Positions 31,814-40,166 are shown, numbered from the stretch's first letter. The stretch: DNA of 64,000 nucleotides from Nitrospirota bacterium (GCA_963840455.1 CAWIYV010000009.1:352001-416000), one strand, 5' to 3'. Made by a program: numbers and translations. The notes: generated from the sequence alone by a model not told the origin.

Positions 31814-32038
31814 GTGCCAAAGAAGAAGGTCACGCAGGAAGAGCTCGCAGCGAAGATCGGGAAGTTGAAAGAGAAGGCGAAGGTGGCAAAGGAAAAGACG
31901 GCCGGAAAGAAGTCCGACCCGGCAGTGCGCAAGGCAAAGAAAAAAGTGAAGCGCGCCCAGCGGAAGCTCCGGACCGCCAAGGCTTACAAGACCGGCGGCA
32001 AGAAAACGAAAAAGGCCGAGGCCCCGGCAACGGCGTAG
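31814..32038 (+). CDS. Small highly basic Lys-rich protein
   Basis: GAGGAGG RBS, GTG start, 74 aa very Lys-rich. Confidence 0.7.
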   Translation: MPKKKVTQEELAAKIGKLKEKAKVAKEKTAGKKSDPAVRKAKKKVKRAQRKLRTAKAYKTGGKKTKKAEAPATA

Positions 32039-32060
32039 CATTGGTCAGCGGTACCCCTCG

Positions 32061-32750
32061 ATGAAACTGGCCGCCGTTTGTATATCCATTCTCTGCGCCG
32101 TGCCTGTCATCGTGTCCTGTGCGGGCAAAGCGCCGCTTCCGGCGGCACCGGCCGTTCCTGAGAGGCCGGCGGCACCGGCAGCCGCGGCCGCGCCTGCATT
32201 GACGCCGGAGCAGGTCTACCGGGAGACAGGAACGGCCTCCTGGTACGGCAGGGAGCTCCAGGGCAGGAGAATGGCGGACGGAGGGACCTTCGATATGGAT
32301 GGTCTTTCGGCCGCCCACCGCATCCTGCCTCTCGGAACGGTCATCCGCGTCACCAACCTCGACAATTACAAAACCACCAACGTCAGGGTCAGCGACCGCG
32401 GTCCCTTTGTGCGGTCCCGCATCATAGAGCTATCCTATGGGGCCGCGAAAGAACTGGAGTTTGTCCCACAGGGTACGGCGCGCGTCAGGATCGAGACCCT
32501 CGAGCCCGTCAGGGGCGATGCGGTCTACACGGTCCAGGCCGCCGCCTTCGTGGAAGAGGAGAACGCGAAGCTGCTCAAGGAGCGGCTCCAGAGGAAGTAT
32601 GAAACAGTGTACATCACTTCCTTCGAGTCGAATGTCGGCAAGTTCTACCGCGTCCGTGTCGGCGCATACCATAGCGAGGAGAAGGCCGAGCGCGTGGCCG
32701 TCAAACTGACGCTGGACGGGCTGGAGCCGGTAGTGGTAAGGAAAGATTGA
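32061..32750 (+). CDS. rlpA: Septal ring lytic transglycosylase RlpA with SPOR domain
   Basis: Lipobox, GTASWYG, AAHRILPLG, DRGPFV, SPOR YRVRVGAY. Confidence 0.9.
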   Translation: MKLAAVCISILCAVPVIVSCAGKAPLPAAPAVPERPAAPAAAAAPALTPEQVYRETGTASWYGRELQGRRMADGGTFDMDGLSAAHRILPLGTVIRVTNLDNYKTTNVRVSDRGPFVRSRIIELSYGAAKELEFVPQGTARVRIETLEPVRGDAVYTVQAAAFVEEENAKLLKERLQRKYETVYITSFESNVGKFYRVRVGAYHSEEKAERVAVKLTLDGLEPVVVRKD

Positions 32751-32791
32751 CGCGGGGACACGGGGACGGGGCGACACGGGGAAAAGGCGCT

Positions 32792-34285
32792 ATGAAGATA
32801 ACGGTAAAGACCGGCAAAGTGGAAATGCTGCGGACCGATGCCGCGGTCATCATGGTCATTGAAGGAGAGAAGCTCGGTTCAGCCGCGGCGCGGGTGGACA
32901 AGGCGCTGGGCGGCATGGTCCAGAAGCTCCTGAAGCGCGGCGACCTCAGCGCAAAGGCCGGCAGTGTCGGAATGCTCTATCCCGATGGCAGGATCGCGGC
33001 CGAGCGGCTGATCGTTGCCGGTCTCGGCAAACGGTCCGAGTTTTCGGCGGACAAGCTCCGTCTCGCGGCGGGCAAAGCAGCCGCTGCTGCGCGCGGAGCC
33101 GGTGCGAAGAACGTCGCCATCGTGATCGATGGGTTCACGCTTGACCAAGAGGAAACCGGGCAGGCGCTGGCCGAGGGCGCCACGCTCGGTCTGTACCGGT
33201 TCTTGAAGTATAAGACATCTAAGATAGAAGAGAACAAGGGGAAGAAGGACATTGCCTCCATCACGGTGCTTTCGGAGAAGGCCTCGGCAATCAAGGCCCT
33301 CGCGAAGGGAATCCGGACAGGCGAGATCATCGCGGCCTCGGCCTCGCTGGCCCGAGACATGGTCAATGCGCCGCCAGCGGACATGACACCCGCGGTCATC
33401 GCCGGGATCGCCCGGAACCTGGGCCGGAAGCACCGGCTGAAGGTCCGCGTCCTGGAGCGGGACGCCATGCGGAAGCTCGGCATGGGCGGGCTCCTGGGCG
33501 TGGCCTCGGGCAGCGCCCAGCCGCCCAAGTTTATTATCGTCGAGTACCGGGGCGGCGGGAAGAAGCCCTTCATCGCGCTGGTCGGCAAGACCATCACCTT
33601 TGATTCCGGCGGCATCTCCATCAAACCGTCGGAGAACATGGACAAGATGAAGGACGACATGAGCGGCGGCGCGGCGGTGCTCGGCGCCATCACGAACGCG
33701 GCGGCGCTCCGGCTTCCGCTCAACCTCGTGGCGCTCCTGCCAGCCACGGAGAACATGCCGAGCGGGACCGCTTTGAAGCCCGGCGACGTGCTCCGGACGA
33801 TGTCAGGCCAGACCATCGAGATCCTGAATACCGATGCCGAGGGAAGGCTCATCCTTGCCGACGCCTTAGTCTACGCCTGCCGATATAAGCCTGCGGTGAT
33901 CGTGGACATCGCCACGCTGACCGGCGCCTGCCGGATCGCCCTCGGCCAGGAAGCCTCGGGGATGGTCGGCACCAGCGACCGGTTCAAACAGAAGATGCGC
34001 GATGCAGGCGAGAAGACCGGCGAGCGGGTATGGGAACTGCCGCTCTGGGACGGTTACTGCGACCTCATCAAGAGTGACATCGCTGACATGAAGAACGCGG
34101 GTGGGAGGGACGGCAGCGTCATCACAGCGGCCTGCCTGCTCTCAAAGTTCGTGCAGAAACACCCCTGGGTCCACCTCGACATCGCCGCCACGGCCTGGAC
34201 CGACAAGGACCGGCCCTATACGCCGAAAGGCGCCACAGGCATCGGCGTCCGGCTTCTGACGCAGTTCCTCAGGGATTACAAATAA
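32792..34285 (+). CDS. pepA: Leucyl aminopeptidase (M17)
   Basis: GKTITFDSGGISIK, MKDDMSG, NTDAEGRL, ATLTGA, WVHLDIA. Confidence 0.94.
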   Translation: MKITVKTGKVEMLRTDAAVIMVIEGEKLGSAAARVDKALGGMVQKLLKRGDLSAKAGSVGMLYPDGRIAAERLIVAGLGKRSEFSADKLRLAAGKAAAAARGAGAKNVAIVIDGFTLDQEETGQALAEGATLGLYRFLKYKTSKIEENKGKKDIASITVLSEKASAIKALAKGIRTGEIIAASASLARDMVNAPPADMTPAVIAGIARNLGRKHRLKVRVLERDAMRKLGMGGLLGVASGSAQPPKFIIVEYRGGGKKPFIALVGKTITFDSGGISIKPSENMDKMKDDMSGGAAVLGAITNAAALRLPLNLVALLPATENMPSGTALKPGDVLRTMSGQTIEILNTDAEGRLILADALVYACRYKPAVIVDIATLTGACRIALGQEASGMVGTSDRFKQKMRDAGEKTGERVWELPLWDGYCDLIKSDIADMKNAGGRDGSVITAACLLSKFVQKHPWVHLDIAATAWTDKDRPYTPKGATGIGVRLLTQFLRDYK

Positions 34286-34370
34286 CGTAAAACGTAAGGG
34301 GTGGCTCGGGTCGTGGCCGCTGCTTCGTCGAGCATGGTGTTCATCGTCTCACGTCTCACCTATCACGGAT

Positions 34371-35261
34371 ATGGACCTCCATCAGATCGAGATATTCTGC
34401 GCCATCGTCCGACACCAGAGCTTCTCCCGCGCCGCCGAAACGCTCTTCCTCACTCAGCCGACGGTGAGCGGCCACATGAAGAACCTCGAGGCCGAGCTTG
34501 GCGTGAAGCTGCTCGACCGCTTGGGCAAGCGGGCCATCCCCACCGAAGCGGGCGATATCCTCTTCCGGCACGGCACGCGGCTGCTCGAAGAGCGTGACCG
34601 GGCAAAGCAGGAGATCGAGCAGCTCACCGGCCGGATCAGCGGCGTCCTGACCATCGGCGGGAGCACCATCCCCGGCGCCTACCTGCTGCCGCCGCTCATC
34701 GGTACGTTCAAGAAGAAGAACCCGGGCATCTCGGTCCATCTGAGCATTGACGACACTGCGAAGATCACCGAGGCCGTTCTGGCCGGCAGCATCCGCATCG
34801 GTGTCGTCGGAGCCCGGCTCTCGGACCCGCAGCTCGAGGTCCATCCTTTTGAGTCCGACGAACTGGTCATCGCGGTGCCCGCACGCCATCCCTGGGCCAG
34901 GAAACGGACGGTCGCACCGCGGGAACTGAAGGGACAGCCATTCATCCTGCGCGAGCAGGGCTCGGGCACCCGCAAGATCATGGAGGACCGCCTGGAGAAG
35001 GCGGGCGTCTCGATCGCCGACCTTGCCATCGAGGCCGTCGTCGGGAGCAGCGACGCGGTCCGGCAGGCGGTCAAGGCCGGGCTCGGCATTTCGATCCTGT
35101 CCCTCCGCGCCCTTGCCGATGACATCGAGGCGGGCCGCCTCGCCGCGGTCCGTGTCGCGGGCGTCAGGATGGAACGGCACTTCTACGTAATCCTGCTCAA
35201 GGGCAGGGCTCGCTCGCCCCTCTCCAAGGCGTTCCTCGATTTCATCCTCAAAAAGGTCTGA
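34371..35261 (+). CDS. Selenium-metabolism-associated LysR family regulator
   Basis: HTH SFSRAAETLFLTQPTVSGH; IGGSTIPGAY; REQGSGTR. Confidence 0.88.
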   Translation: MDLHQIEIFCAIVRHQSFSRAAETLFLTQPTVSGHMKNLEAELGVKLLDRLGKRAIPTEAGDILFRHGTRLLEERDRAKQEIEQLTGRISGVLTIGGSTIPGAYLLPPLIGTFKKKNPGISVHLSIDDTAKITEAVLAGSIRIGVVGARLSDPQLEVHPFESDELVIAVPARHPWARKRTVAPRELKGQPFILREQGSGTRKIMEDRLEKAGVSIADLAIEAVVGSSDAVRQAVKAGLGISILSLRALADDIEAGRLAAVRVAGVRMERHFYVILLKGRARSPLSKAFLDFILKKV

Positions 35262-35301
35262 TAGCCGCTTCCGAACAGCCGTTGCCGCCCTGTTCCACTC
35301 G

Positions 35302-35377
35302 ATCACTCTTTCCAATCCGATCTTCCTGTCCTCATCAGTATTAGCGATTTGACTCCCCCCAGATGCTCCCTTAAGAT
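35302..35377 (+). promoter_or_regulatory. sigma70 promoter with two LysR-type boxes
   Basis: TTGACT(35349)-N17-TAAGAT(35372); ATC-N9-GAT at 35334-35348 abutting -35; ATC-N9-AAT at 35302-35316. Confidence 0.6.
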
Positions 35378-35412
35378 GGCCCCGGTACCAGCTCCATCTT
35401 CGGAGGTCAAGC

Positions 35413-36156
35413 ATGCAATTCGCGCGAAAACTGCTCTTCATCGCACTGTTCATATCGGTTTTTGTTCCCGTCACGACGCCCTCGGCAGAAAAGGAGTTCC
35501 GCGTCATCGCGACCGAGGAGCTCAAGGCTATGCTGGACGGGAAGAAGGACTTCGTCCTCGTGGACACGCGCACGGCCGAAGAGTATTAGGAGGCGCACAT
35601 CAAGGGAGCGATGAGCATCCCGGAAAAGAGCTTCGAGAACCAGCTCGCCCTTCTGCCGGCGGACAAGAACGCCCTGATCGTGCTGTACTGCAACGGCGTC
35701 AAGTGCGGCAAGAGCAGGAAGTCGGCAAAGAAGGCCGAGGCAGCAGGGTACATGAACCTGGTCATCTACGCCGAGGGATTCCCTGTCTGGGAGGAAAAGG
35801 GCTTTGCCATCGTTGCCGGGCCGGAGCACGCGAAGAAGATCGAGACCGCGAAGGTGAAGACCTACCGAGCTCAAGCAGCTCCTGGATACGAAGTAGCGCG
35901 AACATCGTGATCGTGGACGTACGGGACGAGGCGGAGTTCAGGGAAGGGCACATCCCCACGTCGATCAACATCCCCGTCGAGACCTTCGCGCTCCGCTCCG
36001 AGGTCCTACCGAAGGAGAAAGAAGATCATCGTGTACTGCAACACCGGCGGCAGGAGCTACAACGCCTACCGGAAGCTGATGAAGCTCGCTTATCCGAGCA
36101 TCGCTCAGGCGACCTTTGCTGAGTGGAAGGAAGCGGGCATGCCCGTCGAGAAGTAG
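35413..36156 (+). pseudogene. Exported double-domain rhodanese (in-frame TAG at 35587 plus ~3 indels; pseudogene or sequencing errors)
   Basis: Signal peptide; LVDTRTAEEY*EAHIKGA; YCNGVKCGKS; second domain IVDVRDEAEFREGHIP..YCNTGGRS recoverable by frame shifts. Confidence 0.75.
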
Positions 36157-36174
36157 ACAGGGGAACGATCGTAG

Positions 36175-36701
36175 ATGTCCGACGAAATTTCATCGATCAG
36201 AAAGGTATATCGCGATCCCTCTTCGATCGGACCCTGGGAGAGGTGCGTTCCCGAGGGCGGCTAGGCACCGTGGTAGCCGGAAAGGCCGATGCATTTAATC
36301 GGGTCCTCACCGGCCGCACCAGCGGCCAGGGACGGGACAGGTTCCGCTTCACCCGGAAGGGGGAGTATCGCATCAAGAACTGCCGGAAAGTGGACCTTGG
36401 ATGCGGCTACCGCATTGTCTGCATCCAGAAGGATCACCGTCTCGTCCTGCTGTTCATCGGCACGCACGACGACTGTTTCCGGTGGATCGAGCGTCACCGT
36501 ACGGCAGAGTATGACCTTGACGGCGTGCCCGAGGAGGCATGGACGGCCGTTATCGCCGATCGTCCGGCCGAGCGGCCGCGCCGGGAATTGGAGCACGACG
36601 AGGAGTGTCTTGCCGAGGAATATGAAGAGTCGCTCATGGACAAGATCGATGACGGGGTCCTGCGGAAAGTATTCGCCGGCATCGTCAATGGACGAACGTG
36701 A
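36175..36701 (+). CDS. Hypothetical protein with RelE/YafQ-like motif (likely 1-nt indel near 36218)
   Basis: KVDLGCGYRIV..LLFIGTHDDCFRW; ATG 36175 gives MSDEISSIRKVYRDP, which joins the main frame if a C is added to the CCC run. Confidence 0.55.
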
Positions 36702-36755
36702 TCAAGGAACGGTAACGATGAGCGAACGAAAATTTGCTTGAAAGGAGATCAGACC

Positions 36756-37388
36756 ATGAAACATACATTCACGCTGGGGGCGAGCACCATCCCGGGAGAG
36801 TTCATCATTCCCCGGCTGCTGTCAGCCATGATCAAGCACCTGCCGGAGATCGAGCTCAAGGTGGAGATCTCGGACAGCCTGAAGGTGTTTGAGGGGGTGC
36901 GGAAAGGACAGCACGAGATCGGAATTATCGGGACGCGGTTCGATTCGCCGGAGGTCGACTTCGCGGTCATGGTCAAGGACGACCGGCTGGTGCTGATCAC
37001 ACCGAAGAACCATCCGCTTGCAGCGAAACAAAACGTAGCCTTGAGCGACCTCAAAGGTCAGAGCTTCGTCACCCGGGAAAAGGGCTCGGGGACGCGGGCG
37101 GCCTATGAGAAGGCGTTCAAGGACGCGGGGCTCGCGCTAGCGGACCTGAACACGGTCGCCGAGGTCGGTACCACCGAAGGGGTCATCCAGGCTGTCGAGG
37201 GCGGCGCGGGGATCGCCATTGTTTCGGAGCTGGCGGCGAAAGAGGCCATCGAGCTCGGGAAGATCAAGGCGTTGAACATTCCCCTGCTCAAGATGGTCCG
37301 GGATTTCTCGATCATTACCCGGAAAGGGACAGCGCTTTCGAAAGATGCATCGGAAGTGCTTGCCGTGATCAAGGCGGTCATGAAGTAA
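36756..37388 (+). CDS. LysR substrate-binding domain protein lacking HTH
   Basis: AAGGAG RBS; starts directly at TLGASTIPGEF; REKGSGTR; no HTH coding sequence upstream. Confidence 0.85.
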   Translation: MKHTFTLGASTIPGEFIIPRLLSAMIKHLPEIELKVEISDSLKVFEGVRKGQHEIGIIGTRFDSPEVDFAVMVKDDRLVLITPKNHPLAAKQNVALSDLKGQSFVTREKGSGTRAAYEKAFKDAGLALADLNTVAEVGTTEGVIQAVEGGAGIAIVSELAAKEAIELGKIKALNIPLLKMVRDFSIITRKGTALSKDASEVLAVIKAVMK

Positions 37389-37438
37389 CGTAGATACAGT
37401 TTGCTGAAGGAGCAGTGCTGTCAACGAGGAGACGTTAT

Positions 37439-37533
37439 GACTGGCTGTGTCGGCTGGCGCCGGCTGCAGGCTTCAATCCTGTAGGACTGCCGTGAAGGGC
37501 ATGTCATCGGTTCGATTCCGAAGTCAGTCTCCA
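37439..37533 (+). tRNA. Non-canonical tRNA-Sec-like tRNA, anticodon UCA, 8/4 fold, U73 (selC*/tRNA-ReC-like)
   Basis: Acceptor GACTGGCT/AGTCAGTC (8 bp); D-stem GTCGGC/GCCGGC + TGGC loop; AC stem TGCAGG/CCTGTA, loop CTTCAAT; long variable arm; T-stem TCGG/CCGA, loop TTCGATT; ends T-CCA. Confidence 0.85.
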
Positions 37534-37617
37534 AGTGAACGAACGACCAGCCAGGAATGCATTGTCGCAGAACGAACGAGCGGGGAGGCTCTTCGATCTC
37601 ATCTCAAGGAGGAGTAC

Positions 37618-38136
37618 ATGGAACGGGAGCATCGTGAAGAGAAGGATCGCGAGGAGCTGAGCAGGCAGGATTTCCTGAAGGTCGCGGGGATCGCCGGCCT
37701 CGGCATGGCTGGGTTGGGCGCCATGATGAGCGCGCCCGTGTCAGCGGAAGAGGCCAAGGAGGGGAAGAAGGGGAAGTATGTCATCGTCATTACCCACGGA
37801 GGCAACAATCCGAACCGTGCGATCTGGGCGCTCCTGATGGCGGAGACGATCCAGAAGAAGGGATTGGGCGATGTGCATGTCTGGATGACCATCGAAGGAG
37901 CCGACCTGAGCAAGAAGAGCGTTCCCGAGAAGATCGTTTCTCCTATATTCTCCAAGTTCGGCAATGCCATGGAGATCATGGACCGTGTGCGGAAGAACGG
38001 GTGCAAGTTCGGCGTCTGCCCTCCCTGCGCGGAGTATTTCAGCGCCAAGGGCGATGAGAAGTTCGACTGGGTGGAGCTGCAGGGCGGCGACTGGCTGATG
38101 AAGAATATCCAGGATGCCTGGGTGGTGTGGTTCTAG
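37618..38136 (+). CDS. DsrE-family protein with Tat-like signal peptide
   Basis: AAGGAGG RBS; SRQDFLK + hydrophobic + VSA cleavage site; VWMTIEGADL and VCPPC DsrE motifs. Confidence 0.75.
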   Translation: MEREHREEKDREELSRQDFLKVAGIAGLGMAGLGAMMSAPVSAEEAKEGKKGKYVIVITHGGNNPNRAIWALLMAETIQKKGLGDVHVWMTIEGADLSKKSVPEKIVSPIFSKFGNAMEIMDRVRKNGCKFGVCPPCAEYFSAKGDEKFDWVELQGGDWLMKNIQDAWVVWF

Positions 38137-38218
38137 CGGTATCATTTCGCAAGGGGGCCGGTCGTGTTTGCTGCGACTGGCCCTGATCGTTTAGAAGAAC
38201 GAGCAACGGAGGTCGGAC

Positions 38219-38632
38219 ATGCATGCGGAAGGACCGAGTACCGGCTGTGGAGCACATGCAAAAGGCGCCGAGATGAGAACGAGCGATGCGGGCTGGGCAA
38301 AGAGCCTGCTGCTGATCGTGGGATCGGATGTTCTGGGCAAGGAAGAGGCCATCGGAAAGGTCCTGATGAAGGGCTTCTTCGAGACGATGAAGGTCCACAA
38401 ACAGGTACCGCACACCATCTTCTTCCTGAACGCGGGAGTGAAGCTGACCACCACGAACGAAGAAACGGTACCGCTCCTCAAGGAGATTGAGGCCATGGGC
38501 GTCGAGATCTACACCTGCGGTACCTGCCTTAAATACTACAACCTTGAGCCCTCTCTCAAGGTCGGACATCGCGGTACGACCAATCATATTGTTGAGGGAC
38601 TGCAGGACTTCGGCAAGGTCGTGTGGATCTGA
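38219..38632 (+). CDS. YedF-related selenium-metabolism sulfurtransferase, DsrE-like domain only
   Basis: IGKVLMKGFF, IFFLNAGVKL, CGTCLKYY, KVG motifs; no TusA domain. Confidence 0.75.
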   Translation: MHAEGPSTGCGAHAKGAEMRTSDAGWAKSLLLIVGSDVLGKEEAIGKVLMKGFFETMKVHKQVPHTIFFLNAGVKLTTTNEETVPLLKEIEAMGVEIYTCGTCLKYYNLEPSLKVGHRGTTNHIVEGLQDFGKVVWI

Positions 38633-38826
38633 AACAGGTCTGGAGCTCTGTTCCGCGATGAACGTCAAGGTCCGGCTCTGTTCGCCGCCCGTCGTTTCTG
38701 TCTTTCACCACGCAACTCTCCATCAAACACCGTTATATTTACTCCGCCTCTTCAACCATCCTGTCTTCCCTGTGTCTTATCAACCGGACGCAAGATCAAA
38801 TTATTCGACACAAGGAGGATACAGGT

Positions 38827-39318
38827 ATGAAGAAGTATTGGATCATCGGTTTAGTGCTGGTACTTGCGGCAGCAACAGCGGCATTCGCGCAGCCCTGGCA
38901 GGGATGGAAGAACTGCGGGGGCTGGTGCAAGGAAGAGGGGATGACGGGAGGGCCGGGCGGCGGGCAGGGAAGGATGTATGACCCCGCCAAAGCGGAGACG
39001 ATCAAGGGCGAGGTGACGGCGGTCGAGCAGATCGGCGGCGGCCGGAGGATGGGCCCGGGCGTGGGGCTGAAGCTCAAGACGGCAGCGGGCGAACAGTTCG
39101 TACATCTGGGGCCGCAGTGGTACATCGAACAGCAGGGAGAAATGCCGATCAAGGCAGGAGACACGGTCGAGGTGACGGGCGTGAAGGCCGCGCGCGGCGG
39201 CAAGGACTTCTTCATCGCCGGGATGGTTAAGAAAGGCGATGACGTTCTGAAGCTTCGCGATGAGACCGGCGTCCCCGCGTGGGCGGGATGGAGGCGGGGA
39301 GGGGTGGCACCGAAGTAG
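38827..39318 (+). CDS. Exported OB-fold protein (MamS/MamX-domain-like)
   Basis: Signal peptide; YDPAKAETIKGEV, VHLGPQWY, GDTVEVTG, LRDETGVPAW. Confidence 0.65.
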   Translation: MKKYWIIGLVLVLAAATAAFAQPWQGWKNCGGWCKEEGMTGGPGGGQGRMYDPAKAETIKGEVTAVEQIGGGRRMGPGVGLKLKTAAGEQFVHLGPQWYIEQQGEMPIKAGDTVEVTGVKAARGGKDFFIAGMVKKGDDVLKLRDETGVPAWAGWRRGGVAPK

Positions 39319-39365
39319 GAGCGAGCAGAAGCGCATTGTTTAAACCCTGAAAGCATACTGCGAGC

Positions 39366-39398
39366 GGCTGGCCCAGGATAACAGGGCCGGCCTTTTTT
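39366..39398 (+). terminator. Intrinsic terminator
   Basis: GGCTGGCCC...GGGCCGGCC followed by TTTTTT. Confidence 0.7.
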
Positions 39399-39476
39399 GT
39401 CCCTTCCGTACAAATCCCTTGACTCTTGTCCACCGTGCTTCTACAATGTCAGAACTTTCAGCGGCACGGGCGGGAC

Positions 39477-40109
39477 ATGGAACGGGACATGACGTACGCC
39501 GATGCCGTTACGGGCATCGAGAAATACCTTACGCGGGGCAAATTCGCCAAGGCCGATGTCTTCATCGCCCGCTACCGCGGCTTGCGGTTCATCGTAAAGG
39601 ACTTCGGGAAACGCGGTTTCTGGGAACGGAACCTCATCGGCCGCATCGTTATCGGCCGCGAGTCGCGGGCCTATAGGGCCCTTGCCGGGATCGAGGGATT
39701 GCCCGCACGCTTCAAGCGGCTCACGCCGTTCTCCCTTGCCATCGAGTATCTCGAAGGCAGGGACCTGGGCGGGGTCGAGCGGCATGAGATCGGCCCGGGG
39801 GTCATCCGCCAGTTCGAGCGGATCATTGACGATATCCATGACCGCGGCTGGGTCCACCTGGACCTCCAGCGGCGCTCCAACATCCTGCTGGTGAACGACC
39901 GGGTGTTCGTGGTCGACCTGGCCTCGGCGTTCCATCCCGGCGGCGTCCCGGTCATCGGCCGCTGGCTGGTGCGTCTCCTGGGGTTCGCCGACCGGCTGTC
40001 GCTCATCAAGATGAAGACGATCTTCGCGTCAGAGCTTCTTTCACCCAATGATCGGAAACTGATCAAGATGCGGAACCTTCTCATGCCGACGAAATGGTCC
40101 CCTGAGTAA
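39477..40109 (+). CDS. RIO/Kdo-like protein kinase-fold protein
   Basis: IVKDF, RE, HLDLQRRSNIL, VVDLA motifs. Confidence 0.7.
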   Translation: MERDMTYADAVTGIEKYLTRGKFAKADVFIARYRGLRFIVKDFGKRGFWERNLIGRIVIGRESRAYRALAGIEGLPARFKRLTPFSLAIEYLEGRDLGGVERHEIGPGVIRQFERIIDDIHDRGWVHLDLQRRSNILLVNDRVFVVDLASAFHPGGVPVIGRWLVRLLGFADRLSLIKMKTIFASELLSPNDRKLIKMRNLLMPTKWSPE

Positions 40110-40166
40110 CGTCAACCGCATAGGCGGTAGCGGATCACGTTGCAGTACACGACAAGGAGACGATCC

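Noticed and set aside
35587-35589. Pyrrolysine or Sec recoding of the rhodanese TAG
   Set aside because: Not a catalytic position, no pyl genes in the window, and accompanied by several indels.
37439-37533. Calling this tRNA a canonical selC (tRNA-Sec)
   Set aside because: T-stem is 4 bp and the discriminator is U, whereas bacterial tRNA-Sec is 8/5 with G73; no selA/selB alongside.
37447-37617. N-terminal extension of the ORF-track 229-aa ORF
   Set aside because: It overlaps the tRNA gene; the real start is the ATG at 37618 with an AAGGAGG RBS.
34371-38700. Selenoprotein UGA read-through in genes near the tRNA
   Set aside because: The TGA codons seen (35259, 36699, 38630) fall at natural C-termini; I found no in-frame UGA at a Cys-equivalent position in this locus.
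38827-39318. Magnetosome gene (mamS/mamX)
   Set aside because: Only the shared OB-fold-like domain, no CxxCH magnetochrome motif and no other mam genes nearby.
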